The notes beneath the pieces were generated by a model. That model worked only from the letters and a program-made list of their open reading frames with translations, had not been told where the DNA came from and made no database searches. Both the position numbers and the translations under genes were made by a program. A DNA stretch of 64,000 bases from Catajapyx aquilonaris. Lineage: Eukaryota. Every line of letters begins with the position of its first letter. The first letter of the stretch is position 1. The DNA is taken from NCBI GenBank assembly GCA_000934665.2, contig KZ538041.1:62001-126000 (forward strand), read 5' to 3'. Shown in pieces: positions 23,078-34,796 of the stretch.

Positions 23078-23589
23078 CTTGGGCTCCTCACTAAGTGTAC
23101 TGACAGATATGATATTACCAACTGGTATTGCACAAAGGGACATGCAGTCAGAAACAATCCCTGGTGCAACAGTGCATCATTCCGAACTCGTCACACAGAC
23201 TGTGTCAGATCATCATGTACAGTAGGTGCCGGTACGTTAACCAGCCGAATCCCAGACCGTGTAATTCTTTACGCAAACTTAACGAGAGGTCAGATCTGCG
23301 TATCTCCGAATCACTTAAAAAAACCTATATTGCGTTAGTTTATTATATCGCTTGCTTCAGAAACTCTCTTGCGTAGGTCAGGGGGTTAGGTCATTAGGTG
23401 ACGACATGACAGATTTTTAATGCCTTATCTCCCAGTCTATGAACTGTTTAGGTGCACTTTTTTGTAACATGGGAAAAGCCATTTTCCAGTGGATGCGTGT
23501 AGAAATGAGCAATGTGCATCCTGATTATCTCAACCGACAAGAATATTTTATAGATTTGCACCGAGCGTGAATATTGCTTGTAATAAAAA

Positions 23590-23638
23590 AAAGGGAAAAG
23601 TTCGAATTATGGGACCCATAATTCGAACTTTTCCCTTT
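23590..23638. repeat. Perfect 24-bp-arm palindrome with 1-nt centre
   Basis: AAAGGGAAAAGTTCGAATTATGGG-A-CCCATAATTCGAACTTTTCCCTTT. Confidence 0.92.
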
Positions 23639-26600
23639 GTTCGCTCCAACAAAAAAAGTGCGTTACTAACCGGTAAATTGTAACGATTTTTAAAAAAAAC
23701 AAATAGTCGTATCTCATTGGATCAGTCACATCTTTTCTCTTCCAGATTTTGCTTATGGCTATCCTTCCGATACCTGCTGGTTAATTCTTGCAACACGATG
23801 TAGGTTCCTTGAGTAGGGGCATAAATTATAAATTCATTTACTCATACGCAATACGGAGTGTTACTTGCCGGACCGGTCTTACAAGCACGTGAGTTGAATT
23901 GCAGGCTCTACTTACTGCCATTCACGCTGCATTCGTCAAACTAAGCTGCATGCAATCTCGAAAACGTTAAAAAAATGGGTTAGAGATGGCATTGCGTTTA
24001 GTAATAATTATAATGAAATTTGGCTTGACGTAACGCCAATTTGGTCTGAGCATTAATCATTTGTTTTCCAAGAACACTATAGTGAATGTTTGAGGGCTTG
24101 TGCAAGCTTTTTGTGCCAGATTGCTCTGTCACAATTACTGATTTTCTAAGGGGATGGGTCCATAGTAAAAGGGAGACCGGAGAAAACAGTTAGCAGACAA
24201 ACAAGTGCAATACATTCCTGATTCTAATAAGGTGTGACGCTGAGCAGCAAAAATGTGCACGCTATGGACATTGTATAAATAATAACAGTTGTAAATATGA
24301 AAGCTGGTATGACTTTTAGATGATTCGCATGGCATAATATCTGGTCACCATATATTAATCACCTGCAAGTATATTGTAATCGGACTGGTTCATGAGTGTG
24401 AAAAGTATATTGCATTTTAGTATGGTAATTATGGTAAATAGGGTGTGAGGCAGACAATGTGTATGCACAGTATCCTACCTCTTAATGCTAAAGTGAAACG
24501 TTACAATTGGCATTAAAAGCGAAGTTATCTTAATGCGATTTCTCTGTGAACTTTTCTCACATTCAAATCTGCACTTCAGGTCAAATGGCAAATTCATTCG
24601 GTTCACTATTTACGATCGAATATTGAATTAATGACTTTAATATTCACGTGGAAGTGTAACACGCCTGCCATAAAAACATGAAATTCACCCCAGAATTATA
24701 ACTATAACCGAACATGACTATATTGATGATACTTCAGTGAATGGCAAAGACGGCGTACAATACTGTAATTAATAATTAAATGAGTTGCTTAAATATTGTT
24801 ATTTCCTAATCTAATTAGGATACATCTATAGGTGCCACTGAAAATCAAAAGTTAGGTACTTTTTTCACTAATACACTCAATAAATGAAGCATTGGTTTTA
24901 GGCCCCAGTATTGCACAAGCCCAAAATGCAAATGAGCAATAATTCTAAAGCGGGAAATTCAAACCCCAAAAATCACCTTACCTTTTTCCAGCGTGTCCAA
25001 GATGATATCAATCGCACGAAAAGAGACCCGAATGTTAACTGATGGCAAGTGTCGTGCCTTGTATTCTTCTTCAGGTGCGACTAATTAGTCTCGTCGTGTT
25101 ATGTGATGCTACACCTCTTGGGAAGAAAAGACTTCCCTTCTTCAGATTATGCGAACCTTATGTGAGTCTGTTCCACACGAAATGCGTGGTAAGGGGCAAG
25201 GTGCTCAAATGGTGGGAACCGAGTTGCAGCAGTCTAGAAAAGTGTACAAGAGTCACGTGTGCGCCGAGTATATTATGCCACATTTTCCCCCTGAAAGGTG
25301 GGACACCAGTTTGGTAAACCCTACTGGTCCTGGTGGAGGAGTATTTCGCAAAGGACAGCACCGAGGAGATTCCTGATTGCCCTCCCCTCCCGTACCTTTC
25401 TCCTATACCCTACCCTCCACCAAAGGAGGTACCTTTTTTTCTGATACACTTCGGTAATAACGTTGCTACCGACTTGTTTTTCTAAATGGAGGAAGAGAGG
25501 ACAATAGGATTGCAACAGGACATATACCGGTACCAAAGACACGTGATTGATGTGTCTCGGTGCATTTGATAGTGTCGTAACATGCAGACGAAAATGTCAC
25601 AATAATCCAGTTCGTGTCATTCATGTTATTTTATTACTAAAATTGGCTCTATTGCAATGTTCATTATTCAACAATTTTCTTTAAAATTCTAAATTGTTAA
25701 AATTAAAATTGGCAAATTTAAATACTAATCAATAAACACAATAAATGAAATGAACAATACTGTACATTTAAAATGAAAATAATTTTTACAAATAACCATG
25801 GCACATGCATGTGAAATCGGCCCCAGTTCATTGCATGGCCGATCATTACCAGAGTCATTAAAAACCCATCTACTCACGTGCAAGAGCACATGTTCTCACG
25901 ATGATTTCGATATGTGTTCCAGACTGCACCTCGCGTTATGCAATTAAATTGCAGAGTTAATGAACTGGAATAGAAGTTCTTTGCCATCTAAGTTTACTAA
26001 TAATACAATTGAATAGAGTTTGCTGGGGGGGAGTTACATCACCACTTTAGTGTGATATGGGGACCCACTTCCTCGACTTTCACCGCTTCAGTAATTCGAC
26101 TGGTTTCCAATCGCGTGCAAAATGTTGAAATAAAACGCTCTTAAGTTAGCGGTTAATTGCTTGGCCTCACGGTACAATGTCAACTTTTGCAAGCTCATCG
26201 ATTAGCGATGAGGGTTGCAAAATTAGCCACTTAGGTTCTGCTGGCTATATTTCGCACTTGACTCATTGTTTCAACTTTTGTAGGTTATCCATTATTATTC
26301 GGCTGATATGTGATGAAACACGTATTGAAGGCGATCTGATTATGTAATGTAGGGCATGCGACCTTAATTTTATTAATTAAAAATAATTTTTGGTTTTCTA
26401 GCATTTGATGTGAGGAGTTACATTAGAGTATCAGACTGTTTGCTCATTGTTGCATAAGTGATGCTTGACAAAGAGGAGCGTGAAGTGCCGGTTTACGTTT
26501 TTGTATATATTGCGATGCTCTTTTGCACTTTCACTTCACCTGAGGGGAGTCCAGGTGTGCCTACTGCTTAAATGCTAGAGATTGCAGGTGATATCACCAC

Positions 26601-26829
26601 TCATTTATCACGCATTTGAACTTGCTGGGATTGCTGACAAGGTTGCGTATTTCGGCCTGGGGTTTCATTCATATAGATGAAGATTAGGGCGCTCTAGTAA
26701 CTTGACCTCATTGGTAGGTCTGGATGGTCTGACCTGCTGAATTTTCTTGAGGTCGGATGATTCTGTCAACATTCGTGGTCATACGGCCAAACGTTTCCAA
26801 AACTATGGATTGACACACAGGAGAAAAGC

Positions 26830-28110
26830 CGTCTGATAGTTACGGTATGACTTTGCCATATACCAGCGATGTTACCAGAATCGAAGGCATGACCACAGCT
26901 CGCAAGACCCATACCCGATGCAGTCGTTGGACAGATGGGACTCATCGGACATGAATCAGTTGTGACGACATAGAGGAAGAGTGTGGATTTATATCGGAGG
27001 GAATAACCTGTCTAGCCGAGGGACATAACCAGTCGCACTCCTTCAATTACTGCCATGCATGTCCTGTTCCTGAACCAGGAAAACATTGAGGAAGGTCCTG
27101 GATTCTGGCACTACGTAGTGGCCCCAACGGTCTCATTAGCATGGGAAGTACCATCAAGGAGTCGACCCCAATAGGCTCTGTCCCACATCGTGTCGGACAA
27201 CCAAAATTTCGGCAAGATTTCTACGTGAATTATGGCTGATTTATGGGGGAAAAAATTATATTGCCTCCGGGAAGTTTCAAGAATTTTGCTCAGATGAACA
27301 GAATTAACTATTTTAGCCGCCTGATAAACATATGGACAATATTCACCTTGTACGTATGTGTAGGTACAGGGTGTTGTAAAGTAGGACAGCGTCTTGTAGG
27401 TTCCATGCAAATTTTATGACAAATTCACATCACGATATTCACCGAATGACATCCGGGTAGTCAGCAATAACGGAGTTAATTACACTGCAAATACCAATAA
27501 CGAAAAAGCACGAAACTTCACTCAAAAGCATTACGACAGTAACGACCCTATATTTTTTTTACAGCGTCAGCTGGATCAAATCGTACAAAAAACACATGCA
27601 TGATTGGTCAGGAATGCGGCAGAAGAGCCACTGAAAAGTGCAACAAAATGACATTGTAGGAACTGGGGAATCAAGATACACGAGCAATATAGGACATTCC
27701 AGATCAAATTAAATATTCTGTCTAAACTTTTTAAAAATTTAATTGACCCCAATGCGTCACCGGGTGGCAAAACATGCAATTGTCACCTGAATATAACCAA
27801 ATTCACCAACTTTGTCCTGCAAATTTGCAGCATACGAGGACGGACGTACCTTTTGTAACACCCGGCCCACTGGCAAGGAATTCTTCTTCCTTCCCTTATC
27901 TTAATAAACACGTGCCACAGAAACGTGTAGTAGCACCTGTCACTCTCCTGGTGATTAATCTTACTTGGTTTTGAGCCACGCCAATCCTTCCACGCCTCCA
28001 TCAGAGAGGATTGTTGAAGGTTTGCTAGTCACACACTCCGAGAAGGAGGACAGGGTCAGGTATTGTGTACATGAACATCATTTCATTCATGGTGAAGATG
28101 ATCCCTTCTG
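26830..28110 (-). pseudogene. Decayed GMC oxidoreductase pseudogene (C-terminal half)
   Basis: 28106-27965 reads GIIFTMNE, then a frameshift, then YLTLSSFSECVTSKPSTILSDGGVEGLAWLKT followed by gtaag, the same donor position as copies 2-4. Further collinear remnants match copies 2/3 at nucleotide level: DYPD (27447-27462), LSDT-W (27183-27202), accagtcgcactccttc (~27028), ctcatcggacatgaa...tgacgacatagaggaag (26941-26980). No intact ORF. Confidence 0.75.
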
Positions 28111-28883
28111 GGCTGGTTCTGTTCAACACGGGGCAGGGTTCGAATCCCGCGTTGCTCACTCTGTGTCCATTTTCTGTTATTTTTCTGTGATTAATTTATT
28201 CAACATGAACGAGTGGTTAATACGCAATGCCAAAATGTGCGTCACTGTATACCATACGTGACTTGCCGTTACACGCACCCGTAATACACCAAGTGCCATT
28301 GAGAATGGGCGTTGTTTTGCAAAACCTTGTTGACCTTTATGCAAATGAGCAGTGTTTCCATGAATGCGTCAAGTACACCAACAAGCCATTAAAAATCTTT
28401 ACAGTAAACTTACCTCACATGCTTTCTGAGTCGAGAGAATAATTGCAATTACTCACGATTCCAATTCCCCACGCCAGAGATATATTGACCTCGCTATGGG
28501 GACATGGTCACGATTGTTAATCCGAATAATGACAATAGCTGTGGATATGCAAACCTATTATTAGAGTTGATCTCCGTACATATAAGCAGGACGTAATTAC
28601 ACTTGACATTGGCCTTCAGAAGAAGTCCTTGAATAGCCTGAAACAAAACATCAGGACAGGATATGGAGATCATTTACTTGTTATTTGTGGAATTCGTTCA
28701 TCCTCTCTGAGGAAAAAATGGACACGGTCTACAGCACGATAAGTATATAATTAAGGTGCACATTATCGTTAATGAGATGTACGAGAAAAGGAAGACATAT
28801 TTTCCTTTTTATGAGGTATATTGTAAAAATTGCACTGCTTTTGATTCACATGCTTTTAGCCTCTAGATATCTTGAGCATATGG

Positions 28884-31549
28884 TTAGGGTTTGCTTTTCC
28901 AGTCCTGCTTAATCATATCAGCAGCCTTCTCCGCTATCATTATGACAACGGAGTTTGTGTTTCCACTAGTAACGGCAGGAATGACAGAGGCGTCAACCAC
29001 CCTGAGACCTCTAACACCTCTGACCTTTAGTCGGTTGTCCACCACGGCCATGGGGTCACTCGACGGCCCCATTTTGGCCGTACCACTAAAGTGATGCTCA
29101 GTCACCGTGTACTGGCGCAAGTGGCACTCGAAGTACTCGTCGGACATGAACTGGTGGTGTCGACAAGGAGGAAGCGGGCGTGGGTAAAACGTGGAGTTGA
29201 ATCGACGGAAAGGACCCGTTTGACTCATGTTCAGAGCTAACCTAACACCCTCGATCAGCACTTTGACGTCCAGATCTTCGGTCAGATAGTTCGGGTAAAA
29301 TCTGGGCTGGTCTTGTATCCTGGAACTTCGAAGCTTGACATGTCCTCTGCTTAGTGGCCTCAAAAGCATGGGCAGCACCATCCAGGCGTCTGTACCCAGG
29401 TGGTCGCGGTATATCTCGTTCCAAATTTTGTCAGACAGCCCCTGGGCGATCCTGATTTGACCTCTGTCTGAGAAGATTGACCCGGAAGCAAAGTGGAACT
29501 GGATATCCGGATAGTCGTCAGTCTGATTTGCGTACCTGAAAGGGAAACGTGGAGTTTTAAAACCTGTTTTATCCAACACTGTACTGAGGTCATACTTGGT
29601 CTTCAGCCATGCTACTCCTTCGACACCTCCTAAAGAGGTGAGAGGCCCAGTCTTGCGAGTCATCCATTCCAGGAAGGAGGACAAGGTCAGATGACGATCT
29701 ATGTTGAACGAGACGGGCTTGTCGATGCTGAAGATGATGCCTCCAGGACTGATGTGATCCATCAGGTTCTCCCCGACACCAGGCAGGTTGACCACTGGTC
29801 TGATCCCATGCTGCTTCAGATGTTGGGAGGGCCCGATACCGGATAGCATCAGGACCTGGGGTGTCCTGAGGGCTCCAGCGGACAAGATGACTTCCTTCCT
29901 GCAGTTCGCCGTGAATTTCTGTCTGCTGGAGTATTTGCCTGTTCGACGAAACTGCACCCCTCGAGCCCTGCGGGTCTTGGGGTCGAATATGATTTTTTCA
30001 ACGAGTGACATCTGGGCCACGTGCAGGTTGGGTCTGTTGCGTGCTGGTCGCAAATAGGCTTTGCTGCTGCTGCAGCGGGATCCGTTGCGAATTGTTCCCT
30101 GTAATGTGGTAATGTTGCATTATATTATTAAGCACGTCCTGTACTTCATATAGCAAAGGTTTCTCATTTCTAAAAGACTGTCTTGTACACACAAAAACCG
30201 GACAAATTAGTGCCTTGTTAATCGGCGTAAAGTTTATACCGGTCCTGCATACGATGACGTCATCGCTCCTTTAAACATCGTTGATGACATAGACCAATGT
30301 TGCAGTCAACAATATGCATGAGTTATTTCGTCAATAGTGCTCTCACCTAAGCGAGAACGACCACGCTCCATTTTTGGAGTGGTGGCGACGAGAACCTCAT
30401 TGGACCCTACCTACACACGTGCCAACAACAATGAAAGAAAGCATGAAACTTGACTCCAACTCAACAATACATTAAAGCTTTTAATGCGTATCTCAAGCGG
30501 GGCTAACATTTCTATCAGAAAAATGCGGGCCATTTTGGTCAGAAATATCGCAGACGAATACGAACGCGCCTGTCCTCATGTAGCCCACTTCTGTTGCTCA
30601 TGTAACATACTTTTATTGCCCGTGTGAACGAATTTATTATAATATTATACCAAATAAACAACAGTAATAATATATAACGTAATGAAAGAAAAGCTGCAAT
30701 TATAATGCCATTCATGCAAAATTATTGCAGATTGACTCGGTATATGCAATATACTGCACTATTTCCAAAAAAGGGCGTAAAACCAGTAACACACCTGCAT
30801 TGTTTCCTCTGTTAATGACGAATGATTTGGCTAATGATAAACCCCCCAGCTTCTCATCGCAGTACCTGCGCTCTCATGAATCCTGTCTGGTACTCTCCAT
30901 TGCCGTCTCTTACTGGGTACCCCATCTCTCTGGCCGCCTGCAGGAAGGCAGCACCCAACTCGGTCCTGAACGAGGGCACTCCAACCGTGAGTGGTCCTCC
31001 TGCCCCGTGGTACCCTCCTTTCACGTACTCCGGATTCTGGTTGCCCTCCGCCTTCTTGAAGTACGGCAGCACGTCCCCGTACCCCCACCCTTCGTTGCCC
31101 ATCGCCTTCCACCCGTCGTAGTCTCGCCTGTTCCCCCTGACGTACAACATGTAGTTGATGACACTGGATCCGCCCAGGGACTTGCCCGAAGACCAGTGGC
31201 AGATTCTGTCCGTCAGGCCCAGGCAATAGTTGGGGTCAGGCTCCACCTTGTAGGACCAGTCAACGGGCGTGTTTGGCATCAGGAAAGCAAAGGCCGGAGG
31301 TTCGGACAGCTCGTGCTCGTCCGAACCAGCCTCCAGGAGCAGTACTGTCCACTGGGGCACCTCGGACAGTCTTCCGGCCATGGCTGACCCAGCACTCCCA
31401 CCTCCCACTATTATGAAGTCATACTGGTTCAGAAGCACGTGCTGGTTCCTGATGTGCCCTTCCAGGGGACTCACGCTCCTCCTAGCTGCGAGGTACGTCG
31501 CGATGAACACTGCTGCTGCAGCGAACCCCTTTCCTAATAGAAACCCCAT
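28884..31549 (-). CDS. GMC oxidoreductase, cluster copy 3
   Basis: Exons ~31549-30866, 30098-29596, 29535-28884. Motifs [63 protein letters not shown]. Closest in sequence to copy 2. Confidence 0.94.
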
Positions 31550-32611
31550 GTTGATGTCCAAAAAACAGCACAACTCGTCACACTGCAATGATCAGACTCT
31601 TATAAATATCCAAGTGCGTCGTAAAAGTCAAAGGAAGTGACTCATGACACTGCACCGTTAGGTTTGACTTTATGACATTTGTGCGAAGTCGTGACCAAGA
31701 TGTGACCTTGAGGTCCTTGGAATATTTTAACGACTGATGATTTTTAAAGAGTACTCACCTGATTGGTGTCGTACAGCGAATTATAAGTCGGACACCAGCA
31801 TCTCAGTGCCCTCACTCACAGTCAGTGATGTGATACCGAGAAGAATGGACTCTGCATCTTATTTTGGAAGAATTAGCGAGAGGTGCGTGGACAGGAGAGC
31901 CGGTTATTCAAAGGTTACTTTGCTGACAAAGCCCCCTACGCTGGTGGAATGAACCTTGTGGAGGTTCCGTCCTTGAAACAGTACAGGGCAAAAATTTCCT
32001 TTTTTATATATACTGCAGTCTTGTGTGTGTGTTTAAATGACCTTATGCTGATGGGCAATGTGTTAAAAGCATGAACAATTTTTGCAGGTTTTTCGGCGCC
32101 TACTCTGTAGGTTAAATAACTACAATTTTGATGCTGTTGGAATTTTTGGCTGGAAGCTACCACCGAATTTATGGCAGACCTCAGGCTCTGGAGGAGTTAA
32201 CAACCTGCAAAAGTCATTCACCGGCATAATATGACGAGGCAAAGGAAACAAGAGCTGAGGCTACCAGTCCCATTGAAAGGACAGAGCATTTGTTTATTAG
32301 CACTTTGAGAGGGTTACAAACTGATACTATTAATTTTGAACAATGTTTCTGGTCATTTCAGTACCATATTGAAAACAATTATTTTTTTAAAACGTATGGC
32401 TAGATTTGGTTATGTGAAAAATAACTTATTTATTAGCTTCACTCCTGTAGCAGGACTAGAGTAGCTAGGAGGGGCCATGGCGGCAATGACCTAGAATGCT
32501 CGAAGAAAAGGAAAAGCAACATGCTTGGATACCATTTGTTTACTCAGAGCCTGAAGGAATGGGCGTGAGAATATCTGGCAAAGTTCAAGAGCAGCTTGAA
32601 TGTCTTGCGGT

Positions 32612-34796
32612 CTAACCACCCCACAGTAACCCCCAGTCCTGCTTAATGATATCCGCTGCCTTTTCAGCAATCATGACAGCTGCAGCCACCGGACTGCCCC
32701 CGATAATGGCCGGCATGATGGAGCAGTCCACGACACGAAGTCCGGCAACATTCTTAACCCTGAGGCGATTGTCCACCACCGCCATTGGGTCTGAATCAGG
32801 CCCCATTTTGGCGGTGCCCACAAAGTGGTAAAATGTGATTGGGATATGTCGTAACTGGCACTCTAAGTACTCGTCTGAGAGGAATGTGAGGTGTCGACAC
32901 TGCGGAATTGGCACCGGATGAAATGTGGAGTTGTATCGCTGAAGAGCTGGGGTCAGGCTCAGTGCTAGGGTCATTTTCATGCTCTCGATCAGGATCCGGA
33001 CGTCCTGAGGGTCACTCAAGTAGTTGGGGTAGAACAAGGGTTGGTCCTTGATATTGGAGCTTCTCAGCTTGAGGTGACCGCGGCTTTGCGGCCTCATGAT
33101 CATCGGGACTACGGACCAGGAGCTGCTGCGGGTGAAGGCGCTGTATGTCGCTTTCCAGATCTCGTCTGATATGCCTTGGGTCTTCCGAATCCCACCGTCG
33201 TCTGACAGGATGGACCCGGACCCGAAGTGAAACTGGATGTCCGGGATGTCATCGGTAGGATCGGCGTACCTGCCAATTAGCCACATTAAATATTTCTGTC
33301 GTAATATGACGAAAGGTGATCATTTTGCATACCACACAATGCCGAATATTTCCTGACTTTATGCAACCATCAGTACTCTATCAAAGTAAATAGGGACAAA
33401 AAACCCCTTTCACTTTTGTTGGAGTAAAAATGGTTGCATACCGTCAGGATACTCTTTTCCTATTGATGATGGTCTGTTATTTTAACGAGTTAATATATAT
33501 GTTAATGTAACTATGTAAGTCATTTCTGCAGTCAGTTTGAACCTACTGGACATCATGAATGTCCCCTTACCTGGACTGCATCCATGAAATAGTCTCCACT
33601 CCAGCAATGCTTGAGAGTGGTCCCGTTCCCCTAGTGGTCCAGTCGATGAAACCCAGGGCACCGAAATCCCTGTCCACGTCGAACGTAACACTCTCGTTCA
33701 CATGAAATATGAGTCCACCTGGGCCTATGTGAGCCACCAGGTTTTGGCCCACTCCCGGCAGGTCCACCAGTGGTCTTATACCCGTCTCCCTCAGATGCTG
33801 CGAAGGTCCGATTCCTGACAGCATCAGGATTTGGGGAGACAGCAGGGCTCCAGCTGACAGGATGACCTCTCCTACGCACCTAACTACTTGACGCTGATGT
33901 CTTCGGATAAACTGGACTCCCACCACCCTCTGGGAATCGACCAGCACTTTTTCCACCAGGGCGTTTTGAGCAATATGCAGATTGGGACGGTTACGAGCAG
34001 GACGAAGGTATGCCTTGCTCGTACTACATCTGGATCCTTTACGTACTGTACCCTGTAAATAATATTATCATTACAGTAAACAAGAATGGACTTGCGACTA
34101 ATTTGAGCTGACCTGACACTTCATGAACCCAGTTTGGTGTGCGCCATTCCCATCCCTGATCGGGTATCCCATCTGGACTCCGGCTTGAAGAAAAGCACTT
34201 CCAATGGGCGACGAGTACGGAGACTCTCCGACAGTCAGCGGTCCTCTCGATCCATGGAACCCTTCCTGTACGTACTGCCGGTTGGTATTCGCCTCAGACT
34301 TGATGAAGTACGGCAGCACATCCGAGTAGCTCCAACCCTCATTGCCCAGAGCCGCCCATGCATCGAAGTCTCGTCTATTACCCCTACTGTACACCATGTA
34401 ATTGATGGAACTCGACCCACCCAGCACCTTCCCGACTGACCAGTGACACACTTGACCATTCAACCCTAGGCAGAAGTTGGGGTCAGGTTGGGACTCGAAT
34501 GACCAAGTAATGGGCGAGTTGTACAGAAGAGCTGCAGCCGCCGGGATCTGTCCGATCTCGTGCTCATCCGGACCTGCTTCCAGTACCAGTACCTTCCAGT
34601 GCGGTACCTCTGAGAGTCTTCCGGCCACTGCAGCACCCGCACTTCCTCCGCCGATCACAATAAAGTCGTACTGGTCTCGAAGCACATGCTGGTTCCTTAT
34701 CGGACCTTCCTTTGGATTGAAGGCTCGTCGGATGGCCAGGAAGGAGGCGATGAAGGTGGCGGCTGCTGCGAAGATACTGCCGAAGATTTCTGCCAT
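32612..34796 (-). CDS. GMC oxidoreductase, cluster copy 4 (active-site variant)
   Basis: Exons ~34796-34113, 34052-33571, 33269-32612. Motifs [42 protein letters not shown]. Shows QNLVAH and GGSPVA where the paralogs have ENL(Q/M)DH and SGN(T/I)N. Confidence 0.92.
33351..33449. repeat. Imperfect inverted repeat (~45-bp arms) inside an intron of GMC copy 4
   Basis: tcctgactttatgcaaccatcagtactctatcaaagtaaataggg pairs with cccctttcacttttgttggagtaaaaatggttgcataccgtcagga around a short A-rich loop. Confidence 0.7.

Noticed and set aside
28131..28152. tRNA-like GGTTCGAATCCC motif
   Set aside because: Only a T-arm/B-box fragment; no D arm, anticodon arm or acceptor stem.
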